Positions 29,650-38,555 of a stretch of 64,000 nt of DNA are shown here, one piece after another (the first letter of the stretch is position 1; the number at the start of each line of letters is the position of its first letter). The notes under the pieces are model-generated. The model ran no database searches. It saw only the letters and a list, made by a program, of their open reading frames with translations, and was not told where the DNA came from. Source of the stretch: Promethearchaeia archaeon (GTDB taxonomy: Archaea > Asgardarchaeota > Lokiarchaeia > Sigyniarchaeales > SOKP01); assembly GCA_029856045.1 (NCBI GenBank), contig JAHQWG010000035.1, forward strand, positions 1-64,000. The letters run 5' to 3'. The translations under genes and the position numbers were made by a program.

Positions 29650-30504
29650 ATGGTGAAAGAAATGTCTTTACAACAAAGAAGAGATAAAAAAAAATCAGAA
29701 ATAGAAGAAAAATCAATTGATAAAGTTCAAATAATTAAAGAAAAAGTTGATATAATTGAAAAAATTTCTGATTTTGAAGAATTATCTCAAATTGAGAAGG
29801 ATATTCTAAAAATTGCCAAAAAAACATTGAAATTAAAAAAATTTGATTCAACAATCTCTGTTGAAAGAGTTGAGAATTTACCTCCATTAGTAGAAAAGCT
29901 ATATGCAGATTGCATTGCTAAATTATCTTATTCAAGGGGATATAGTAAGGAAGAATTATTTTTAGCGATTCGTTCATTAGAACAGAAAAAATATATTGTG
30001 ACTAATGAGAGAAGAACAAAAGAAGAGATTTTAACTAATCTAAAATATCAAGAAGTTATTAGATTTGTTAAATCTAATCCAGGCATTCATGGTAGAAGTA
30101 AAAAGATAGAATCAGATCTTAAAATTACAAGAAATCCTTTTATAAAATATATGATTGTTCTTGAAAAATTTGATATTGTAAGATCAAAAAAATTTGGAAA
30201 AACATTATATTTCTTTTTAAAGGACGTTCCTGAAGAATACGAGGTTTTGGTAATATTGTTTCAGAATAATTTAATACCTGCCATTCTAAAAGCCTTTATC
30301 CAAGAACCTACTAAAAAAATTACTACAATTGCTAATGATTTAGAAGTTTTTCATGGGACAATTCAATACCACATAAAACGTTTATTAGATTTCGAAATCC
30401 TCAAGTCAGGGGAAGAGAAGGGGAAAAACATATATAATGTAAATTTAAGTCTTTTAAAGCAATATAATCAAAATTTTCAAGAACCAAAATTTATTGAAGC
30501 TTAA
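29650..30504 (+). CDS. Tandem winged helix-turn-helix regulator
   Basis: FVKSNPGIH...KFGKTLYFF and IANDLEVFHGTIQYHIKRL. Confidence 0.75.
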   Translation: MVKEMSLQQRRDKKKSEIEEKSIDKVQIIKEKVDIIEKISDFEELSQIEKDILKIAKKTLKLKKFDSTISVERVENLPPLVEKLYADCIAKLSYSRGYSKEELFLAIRSLEQKKYIVTNERRTKEEILTNLKYQEVIRFVKSNPGIHGRSKKIESDLKITRNPFIKYMIVLEKFDIVRSKKFGKTLYFFLKDVPEEYEVLVILFQNNLIPAILKAFIQEPTKKITTIANDLEVFHGTIQYHIKRLLDFEILKSGEEKGKNIYNVNLSLLKQYNQNFQEPKFIEA

Positions 30505-30528
30505 TTTTTTTAAAAATTTTAGTATAAT

Positions 30529-31413
30529 TTAAAGAATGTTTTTAATTTTTTTTAAAGATTTAATAACAATATCAATAGCTCTATCAATTCCGGTGAATGT
30601 TTCTGGATGTATATAATTTGATTTAAATATATCGTATTTATTATGCCCTACTACATCTGAAACTGAAATTACAGAAGCCGTTTTAATATTAAATAATTGA
30701 CCTAACAAAAACAATAAAGAGCTTTCCATATCGACTCCAATTATCCCCTCTTTTATCCAGGATTTTGCAGCATCATCCGTCTCTAAAAATAAAGCGCCAG
30801 TAGTCCAAATTGGTCCGGTTAATATCTTATTTGAATATAAGCTTTCAGCAGTATTTAATAAAATTTCATTCAACTCATTTGATGGAGAAATTTTATATAC
30901 CCTTTCGTTTCCTGCTTTAATTTTATGTATTCCTTCAATAGGATTTTTTATAAATTCTAAATCCTTCAGTTCTTCATAATATTTGAGAATATAATAGGGA
31001 GACACACCATCTCCGCAGAACGCACTCTCAGGAATTATTATTTTTCCCGGCTCAATTGATCGACCAATAATATTTAATCCACCACAAAAATCGGTTCGGA
31101 TAATCACCTTACATTTTGTAAATTTCAAACACTCCAATTTTTCAGCAATATAAGGAGTACCTATTAGACTTTGAATTACACTAACTTCTACTTCACCTAA
31201 TCTACCATTATAGACATTTCCATATCTTATTTTATTTTTTAATCTTTTAACGACTTTTTCCATTACAAGCTTTACAGCGGGTAAAATCACAATTTCATTA
31301 ACCTTAGTTGGTGAAGTCTCTAAAAACATTCGGAATAATTTCTCTTCAGTAGAGATGAATTTCAATCCCAAATTAAGTAAGCTGGATTTGATTTTTTCAA
31401 CCATTATAATCAC
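30529..31413 (-). CDS. Nucleoside phosphorylase (PNP/UDP family)
   Basis: FCGGL, GDGVS, WTT, GVDMESS, VSD. Confidence 0.8.
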   Translation of the reverse strand: MIIMVEKIKSSLLNLGLKFISTEEKLFRMFLETSPTKVNEIVILPAVKLVMEKVVKRLKNKIRYGNVYNGRLGEVEVSVIQSLIGTPYIAEKLECLKFTKCKVIIRTDFCGGLNIIGRSIEPGKIIIPESAFCGDGVSPYYILKYYEELKDLEFIKNPIEGIHKIKAGNERVYKISPSNELNEILLNTAESLYSNKILTGPIWTTGALFLETDDAAKSWIKEGIIGVDMESSLLFLLGQLFNIKTASVISVSDVVGHNKYDIFKSNYIHPETFTGIDRAIDIVIKSLKKIKNIL

Positions 31414-31509
31414 ATTTGATTAGATTTTAATTTTAAGGCTAGTAATAAATATTCATTTTTTCTCTAAAATACTTAATTTATATTAATTAAAATACTTAAA
31501 TTAAATTAG

Positions 31510-32790
31510 ATGAGCACAGAAAAAAAGTGGAAAAATGAAATATCGGAACAATTTATACAAGATTATCTAAAATCTAATTATAGAATTGTTGGAAAAAACA
31601 GACACTCAGCTATAAAGCCATGTCACTGGTTAGAACAGCGATTAATGACCGGGAGGGATAATCAAAATTGTTATAAAGGTGTTTTCGGGGTAAAAAGTAA
31701 TTTATGTTTGCAAAATACGCCATCTGTTCCTTTTTGTAATCATCAATGTGTATTTTGTTGGCGAGATCTTCAGAGTTCATTGGGGCCTACCTTTAATGTT
31801 GTACCAGATGAACCTAAGGAATTAGTAAATGAAATGATTCGACATCAAAAAAATCTTATTCAAAATCATTTGCCATTAAAGAGATACATTGAGAATTATC
31901 ACATTATGATTAAAATTCTGAAATATTTATTTAAAAATAATAAATCTGAATCAATTCAATCGGTATCAAGAAAAATAGATGCCAGTAAAACCAAAATAGA
32001 TCGGGCTATGGTATTACTAAAAAATATGAGATTTTTGGAGTATATTGAGGGTGATATTAACCATTATTGTATAAAGAAAAGTATCAAAAAACAAATAAAG
32101 TCTGATGTGGATATTGAACCTTTAGTAAATAATAATATCACAACTTTAAGAGAAATTGAAAAAGTTCATGAAGAATCAATGAATCCAAAACATGCGGCAA
32201 TATCACTTGATGGGGAACCTTTTTTATATCCTTTACTCTCTGATTTTGTGGCAGAATTTAAAAAACAAAAAATGACAACTTTTATTGTTTCAAACGGCAC
32301 GTTTCCTGAGAAGATCGAATCAATGGAGTATTATCCCTCTCAATTATATATTTCTTTACCAGCCTCAAATGAAAAAACTTATAAAAAAATTTGCAGACCT
32401 ATGCTTAAAAATGGATGGAAAAATATCATGAAAACAATGGATTTATTCAGTTCTATACCGTGTAGAACCGTTTTAAGAATAACTGGAGTTAAAAATTTAA
32501 ATCTTAAGCATGAGGCTATAGATGAATATTTGAAAATTATAAAACGAGCAAATCCTAACTTCTTAGATATTAAAGGATTTACACTTCAAGCTAAAGCGTT
32601 ATTAATTAAAGAACGTCTAAAATCTTCCAAAGATCTCCAATCCTTCTTTCCAGAATTTGAAGATATAAAAGAATTCGCAGAAAAAATAAGTAATTTAGGA
32701 AATTTCTCTATTTTATACAAGAACGAGAGAAGTCGTGATGTGCTTCTTGGAGTTAATTGGAATAAAAAAAAATTAGAAATAAGTAAGTAA
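31510..32790 (+). CDS. taw1: Radical SAM 4-demethylwyosine synthase Taw1/TYW1 with inserted wHTH
   Basis: HSAIKPCHW, CYK, CLQNTP, CNHQCVFCWR, PKHAAISLDGEP, SNG, QLYISL. Confidence 0.92.
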   Translation: MSTEKKWKNEISEQFIQDYLKSNYRIVGKNRHSAIKPCHWLEQRLMTGRDNQNCYKGVFGVKSNLCLQNTPSVPFCNHQCVFCWRDLQSSLGPTFNVVPDEPKELVNEMIRHQKNLIQNHLPLKRYIENYHIMIKILKYLFKNNKSESIQSVSRKIDASKTKIDRAMVLLKNMRFLEYIEGDINHYCIKKSIKKQIKSDVDIEPLVNNNITTLREIEKVHEESMNPKHAAISLDGEPFLYPLLSDFVAEFKKQKMTTFIVSNGTFPEKIESMEYYPSQLYISLPASNEKTYKKICRPMLKNGWKNIMKTMDLFSSIPCRTVLRITGVKNLNLKHEAIDEYLKIIKRANPNFLDIKGFTLQAKALLIKERLKSSKDLQSFFPEFEDIKEFAEKISNLGNFSILYKNERSRDVLLGVNWNKKKLEISK

Positions 32791-33087
32791 TTTTATTTCC
32801 AGCAAATTTAATCCGCTAAGACATGAAATAATTCTAAAATATAAATAGATTATTTTATTATTTTCTCTGATTGTATTATTTTACTATTTTTACTTCAAAA
32901 AGAACCAACTACGAATAAGTCAAAAGGTTTAATAAAATTCATTAGTAAAAAATTTTTTGCACTATTTGTATTTGCTTTTTGTTCATTTTAAAAAAAAAAT
33001 GTAAACAAATCTTATTAAACCATATTTTTATATAATCGTTGTAACCAAATATTCAAATTATTAATTAGCAAGGTTTGAGGATCATAA

Positions 33088-33204
33088 TATTTTATAGAGA
33101 AAATAATAATGGGTTATAAAGGGGAAATTTGGGTTGAGGATAGTTTTCAAGGGGATTCCTCAAAGGGAAGTAATTTTATCATAACTATTCCAGAGGTTGA
33201 GTAA
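33088..33204 (+). pseudogene. Remnant of a sensor histidine kinase (HATPase C-terminus)
   Basis: Frame reads YFIEKIIMGYKGEIWVEDSFQGDSSKGSNFIITIPEVE*, preceded by in-frame stops at 33076 and 33085; overlaps the response regulator start. Confidence 0.75.
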
Positions 33205-33568
33205 TATAACTACGATATTTGTTGTCGAAGATGATCTATCATTACAACGTTTATATAGTGAAATTTTAAGTTTGCATGGATTTCACGTTGTTGGTGCTGC
33301 GAAAAATGGAAAAGAAGCAGTTGAGATATTTAAAACGTTTTCAGAAAAACCTGATATTATTCTGATGGATCATAGGATGCCTGTTAAGAATGGAATTCAA
33401 GCAACAAAAGAAATTCTACAGTATGGAGATCAATCAAAAATTATTTTTATTAGTGCAGATATAAGTATTCGAGAAAAAGCGCTTTCAATTGGGGCGATTC
33501 ATTTTATTGAGAAGCCTTTTACTTATGATCAATTGGTTGATCATATCAAAAAAGTATTGCTCATATGA
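33197..33568 (+). CDS. Single-domain response regulator (CheY-like)
   Basis: VVEDD, ILMDHRMPVKNG, ISA, EKPF. Confidence 0.93.
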   Translation: MSNITTIFVVEDDLSLQRLYSEILSLHGFHVVGAAKNGKEAVEIFKTFSEKPDIILMDHRMPVKNGIQATKEILQYGDQSKIIFISADISIREKALSIGAIHFIEKPFTYDQLVDHIKKVLLI

Positions 33569-33613
33569 AATTAAATGAGATTTTCATACAAAAAAAATTT
33601 CTTATCTCTACTA

Positions 33614-34264
33614 TTAAGGAGTAATTTTTTTGAGCTGAGATTCAACTATTTCTTTCAATTCTTTAATGCCAATTTTTTCAAGAGTGGAAGTCATAAGAAC
33701 TGGAAAAACATCACCATCAAAATCTTTAAATTCATTGAATTTAACTAGTTTTAGACCAAATTTTGTAGCACTATTAAGAAAGAATGTTTCTGTTTTTTTT
33801 CTATCAATTGTATTTAATTTATCAATTTTACTTAATACAACTAATACTGGTGTATTAAATTCTTTGAATAGATCAATAAATTCAAACGTTAGTGGTATAG
33901 TCTCCTCACTTTTATAAAACCACTTTTCCAACTCATCCCTAATCCTGAGGACATTTACTACAACGATTCCTAAAAAGAATTCTTTATAATGTTTTTCTAA
34001 ATGGATTATAATCATTTTCTTTATATGTTCTGTTCTTCTTCTACTCGTTTTCTTCATAAACCCGAAACCTGGTAAATCCAAAATGTCAAAAGGCATTAAT
34101 GGGTCTTGTATTTTTTTTAATAATAAAGTAGTACCAGGGATTTTACCAGTTTTCCCCTTAAATTTTTTGGGATTACTAACTAAAAAGCGTGTAAGACTAG
34201 TCTTTCCAACATTAGAATTTCCAATAATTATTAAAACAGGTTTTAATTCTTTCTCTGAAGTCAT
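33614..34264 (-). CDS. engB: EngB/YihA-family GTPase
   Basis: GNSNVGKT, PGTT, DLPGFG, SKID. Confidence 0.85.
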   Translation of the reverse strand: MTSEKELKPVLIIIGNSNVGKTSLTRFLVSNPKKFKGKTGKIPGTTLLLKKIQDPLMPFDILDLPGFGFMKKTSRRRTEHIKKMIIIHLEKHYKEFFLGIVVVNVLRIRDELEKWFYKSEETIPLTFEFIDLFKEFNTPVLVVLSKIDKLNTIDRKKTETFFLNSATKFGLKLVKFNEFKDFDGDVFPVLMTSTLEKIGIKELKEIVESQLKKITP

Positions 34265-34311
34265 TACTCATCTTAATATATATGCAATTAAAGCAATAAA
34301 TAAATCATTGA

Positions 34312-35208
34312 TTAAATATCATTAAAATCATCTTTTAGAAAGTTAGAAATCATTTTATCCTGTTCTTCTTTTGGTATAATTGGACGTCGGCTTATGGGTT
34401 CTCCATTTTCTTTCAAAATTCTCTTTAAAAGATCTACATTGAGATTAATTTTAAATTTCCCCCCTTTATATCTTATAATATCTTTATCATATAATTTTAA
34501 TCTAAGGAGATAACCTAACCCAAAATAAAATTGCTGTTGGGGAATATTATCAAATGGGCTTTTGCTTGTTACCTCCTTTAAGAGATCATATAATCCTTCT
34601 TTTGAAGCGCTGTGATCTTCCGTCTCGAAAACAAGATGATATAAAGAATGATACCATATTTTATCGCGTTTATCTTTAATATAATTTTGAAAATCCTCAG
34701 CAGTAACTTCTTTCTTTTTTTGAATTTCTTTCCTTTTTTCTAATTCTAATCGGATTTTTTGTTCTAATCCTTCTGAAATAGGTTGTTCTGTTTTTTCTAT
34801 AGATTCTACATCTTTAGCCTCACTTTTCATTGTTGCTATAGCCTCTTTCATGTCCCTTAATTCATCTAAATCAAGTTCTTGAAGATCTGAAAAGTTTTGG
34901 GATAACTGTTCTCTTTCATCTAAATATGTCATTAACTCTGAATTTTCGACAGATATTTCTTCAGAGACTTCTGCTTCCTCTATTTCATCTTCTGAAACTT
35001 CCTCTTTTGATTTTCCTTTCCTAACTTCTTCAACAGCTTCTTTAATATCCTGCAACTCTTCCATATCTAAATCACTTAAATCAGAAAAATCTTCTGAAAG
35101 AATATCAATTTCTTTTATATAGGCTTTAAGATCAGTATCTTGCTGTTCCTCATCCTCAGATTCACCAAATTTTTTATTATTTTGCTCATTTTGCTCTTCA
35201 TCTGACAT
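34312..35208 (-). CDS. Hypothetical protein with an acidic repeat N-terminus and folded C-terminal domain
   Basis: 298-aa ORF with a repeated FSDL-x-x-LD motif. Confidence 0.75.
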   Translation of the reverse strand: MSDEEQNEQNNKKFGESEDEEQQDTDLKAYIKEIDILSEDFSDLSDLDMEELQDIKEAVEEVRKGKSKEEVSEDEIEEAEVSEEISVENSELMTYLDEREQLSQNFSDLQELDLDELRDMKEAIATMKSEAKDVESIEKTEQPISEGLEQKIRLELEKRKEIQKKKEVTAEDFQNYIKDKRDKIWYHSLYHLVFETEDHSASKEGLYDLLKEVTSKSPFDNIPQQQFYFGLGYLLRLKLYDKDIIRYKGGKFKINLNVDLLKRILKENGEPISRRPIIPKEEQDKMISNFLKDDFNDI

Positions 35209-35547
35209 CTAAATATACCATATTCCTTATTTCTTAGATATTTAATTTCTAATTCAAATCAATAAATAATAAGTATATTTTCTTATTGAATATTACTTTA
35301 CAAACTGGATAACTAATAAAAAATTATTAAAAGAAAAAATAAGAATGAGTAGAAAAATCTTAATGAGGGTTGGAAGATTAAAACCAATTTTTGAGGGTAT
35401 TGATGAATTATATGCTAGAATAAATATTAAACTCTAAGAAGTAATTCAAACCTTTAAATAATTAACTTATTTTATTAAATGTTAGAGAAATTTATTAGAG
35501 TTAAAAAAAATAAATATAAAAAATTTTTAATTACTTTCAAGAGATAG

Positions 35548-35886
35548 GTTGGTATTATCATAAGTAGAAAATTAAAATTCTGTCTATTTGCAATAATTGG
35601 ATTAATTTCTGGGATATATCTTATAATTTATTTAAAAACAGCAAATCGTCTATTAGATTACTTTTTGATGCCAATTTTACTAATTGTCGGATCATCGGGG
35701 CCTTTTTTTATTTATGTTGCTCCTCAGAGTCTTAATAACATATTATTGAGCTTGGGGTGGAAGAAAGAAGAAAAGATTAAAAAAAAATGCACTATTTGTA
35801 AAAGAGTTATACCTTCTTTTCAAAATAAGTGTCCCTACTGTACAAAAAAATCTAATCCAATAGAATATAATTATCAACGCTATTAA
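35548..35886 (+). CDS. Small membrane protein with C-terminal zinc ribbon
   Basis: CTIC...CPYC; the frame is open back to 35548 and adds a further TM segment, so the start is uncertain. Confidence 0.55.
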   Translation, partial: VGIIISRKLKFCLFAIIGLISGIYLIIYLKTANRLLDYFLMPILLIVGSSGPFFIYVAPQSLNNILLSLGWKKEEKIKKKCTICKRVIPSFQNKCPYCTKKSNPIEYNYQRY

Positions 35887-36014
35887 TATTTTAGATTATA
35901 AAAGATAAAATGGTTTCAGCTACTTCTATATTTCTTAAAGTTTTCAATGATTTTTAATATAGTATAGAGATTTAAAATAAATGAAAAATAAGAAATTAAA
36001 AAATTATAAAAAAA

Positions 36015-38258
36015 CTAAGTCTGTTTATAGATGAATCTCTCCCATGGCTTAGGATTCGGTAATTCGACCTTCATGCCTTTTCTTTTTCTAATATTCAAGA
36101 TTAATTCTTCTTGCATTTTGGTCGGAACTCGCTCAAAGGCTTTAAATTCATAACCAAAAAAGGCACGACCTTGTGTAGCACCTCTAAAATCGTCATCAAT
36201 TCCTAGCGTTTCCGAAGCAGGAATTTCGCCATGAACAGTCACATAATCATCATCAGAACTAACATTCACAATTTTTCCTCGATGTTGGTTTAAAATTGAA
36301 ATTATACCCGATTCCGTCCCTGCGGGAGTTTTAATATCTACCCTCTGAATGGGTTCATACATTTGTGGATCACCTTTTAGAAATGCTAATGAAAAACCAG
36401 AAAAAATCATCCCGGCTATTTGATTATACTGAGTATGTCTCGGATCTTCATGGATTACCATATCTGTAAAAATTACTTTTAAACCTAAGGCAGGTTCTTT
36501 AGCTAAAACGCAACTTTGAGTCCAATCGCGAAATGCCGCAACTAAATAAGATTTAACTCTATTAAATCTTTGCAATCCCATTGTTCCATTGATTAGAACA
36601 TTTCCTTTATATATATCTACAATCCTTCTAGCTTCTTTTGTATCCCATCCAGCCTCTTCTCTTAAGATTTTTGCTCTCTCTTTCTCAGGCATATATTCTC
36701 CAATTTTGCCTGACATAATTAGTTCTAAGGAAGTATTATCAAGAGGTTCAATATGCATAAGAAATTTATTGTGAGTATTTGCAGATTTTGTATGAACGTC
36801 AGAAGTTAATTTTTCGATTTTCTCACGATATACAATAATCGGAGCTCCAACTTCGATTGGTACTTGTTTATCAATACGTTTTGTTAAAATATCTATCTGA
36901 AGAGGGTCAATACCAGATAATATATATTCGCCAGATTCTTCATCTAATCTAAATTCGGCAGTAGTATCAGCCATTAACCATTTTTGCACAACCTCTCCTA
37001 ATTTTGCTAAATCTTGATGATCCTTTGGTTTTATACTTCGCGATACTACAGCTTCACAAGCATATTTAATTTGCTCAAATGATGGGATATATTCCCCCTT
37101 ACCTGGTGCCATTTTTGCTGCAATGAAAGTTTCTCCAGTAGGACAAATAAAACCATATATTGCGAAAAGATTACCTGCGGGGATTTTTCCAGTATCTAAA
37201 ATATCGGTTATTTCCATAACACCTAAACGTTTTATCCGTACTTTCTCTTTTTTGCCTAATAAATATATTGAATCTGAAAGATCTAGCGTCCCGGAAAATA
37301 CTCTACCTATTAAAGTTGCACGAAAAGACTTAGGATCAATAAATATTTTCGTTATCATTCCATATAACGGCCCATTTGGATCACAATTTAATAAAGCTTG
37401 GCCTAGTTCTGAATCTAAATCACCTTCAGACCAGATTTTCGGAATTCGATATTTTGATGCTGTTAATGGATCTGGAAGATGATCTACAACCATTCTTAAT
37501 AGAGCCTCATCTAATCTGAGATTTTTTCTCAAATATGCAATATCTCCTTCGTTGTATTTCTCAAAAACAAAGGTTGGTTTAATATTGTTTTCCTTAAGAA
37601 TTTCAAGGGTGAAACCCCAACCATCCTTCGCGGAACCAATTGCAACACTATTATTTGGAAATGAAACTCTCCAATCAATTCCTTTCGGGGAGATCTTTTT
37701 TATTAATTCATTAACCTCATTTTGAATCTTATCTATTCTCTCATAAACCTGCTTGGGACTGAGTTTTAATTCGTTAATTAATCTATCGACTTTATTAATG
37801 AATAAAACGGGCTTACATAATTCTTCTCCAACGCTTAATCTAATATTCGTTTCTGTTTGAGTCATTACTCCTTCTAAAGCATCTACCAAGATTATACAAC
37901 CATCTGAAGCCCTTAATGCACGTGATACTTCGCCAGTAAATGAAATATGTCCGGGAGTATCATTAATTTGAAAGATATAAGGTTCCTTATCGTCTGGGGT
38001 TCTTGAATCATTAAAAGCAAGTAATACAACGCTTGTAAATATCGTAATACCCCTTTCTTGTTCTTCTTCATCCGAGTCAGTAGCAAGGAGTAGGCCTGCA
38101 TCCTCTTCACGCATGAGCCCCGCCCGCTCTAAAAGGTAATCTGTAGTTGTTGTTTTGCCATGATCTATATGAGCAACAATTGAGAAGATCCTTTTCTTCT
38201 CATAAGGTCCACCAATTACAAGATTCCGTATTTCTTCGGGATTTTTTACTTTTACCAT
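36015..38258 (-). CDS. Elongation factor 2 family GTPase, probably the divergent paralog aEF-2p
   Basis: AHIDHGKT, ERGITI, DTPGH, NKVD; diphthamide loop reads HEDPRHTQ instead of HED-x-x-HRG; not in an rps12/rps7 context. Confidence 0.88.
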   Translation of the reverse strand: MVKVKNPEEIRNLVIGGPYEKKRIFSIVAHIDHGKTTTTDYLLERAGLMREEDAGLLLATDSDEEEQERGITIFTSVVLLAFNDSRTPDDKEPYIFQINDTPGHISFTGEVSRALRASDGCIILVDALEGVMTQTETNIRLSVGEELCKPVLFINKVDRLINELKLSPKQVYERIDKIQNEVNELIKKISPKGIDWRVSFPNNSVAIGSAKDGWGFTLEILKENNIKPTFVFEKYNEGDIAYLRKNLRLDEALLRMVVDHLPDPLTASKYRIPKIWSEGDLDSELGQALLNCDPNGPLYGMITKIFIDPKSFRATLIGRVFSGTLDLSDSIYLLGKKEKVRIKRLGVMEITDILDTGKIPAGNLFAIYGFICPTGETFIAAKMAPGKGEYIPSFEQIKYACEAVVSRSIKPKDHQDLAKLGEVVQKWLMADTTAEFRLDEESGEYILSGIDPLQIDILTKRIDKQVPIEVGAPIIVYREKIEKLTSDVHTKSANTHNKFLMHIEPLDNTSLELIMSGKIGEYMPEKERAKILREEAGWDTKEARRIVDIYKGNVLINGTMGLQRFNRVKSYLVAAFRDWTQSCVLAKEPALGLKVIFTDMVIHEDPRHTQYNQIAGMIFSGFSLAFLKGDPQMYEPIQRVDIKTPAGTESGIISILNQHRGKIVNVSSDDDYVTVHGEIPASETLGIDDDFRGATQGRAFFGYEFKAFERVPTKMQEELILNIRKRKGMKVELPNPKPWERFIYKQT

Positions 38259-38555
38259 AGTATTTTTTCAATTTATTTATTCATTCATCTAATTAAATTT
38301 TTAAATATGAAGAAAAATAAAAATTTTGCGATTTTTAAAAATAAGAACACTCAAATAATGCTATGCTTTTATATCAACGCGAGTATTCCAAAATAACAAT
38401 TAAAAAATTAAAGTAAAAATTATTTAGATATGATATTTAAACAATTTATAATTTGTAGGTAAAATCCATGTAAATTGATTACCAAGTAAGAATTCAAAAC
38501 AATATTTCTTAAATTTTAGTTAGGTAAAAACTTTGGAAAAAACAAGTTAAATTAA

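Noticed and set aside
31860-32180. Taw1 insert as an intein
   Set aside because: No N-terminal Cys/Ser block or C-terminal His-Asn splice motif at the boundaries.
35345-35437. 30-aa ORF MSRKILMRVGRLKPIFEGIDELYARINIKL
   Set aside because: Too short and has no recognisable motif; cannot be supported.
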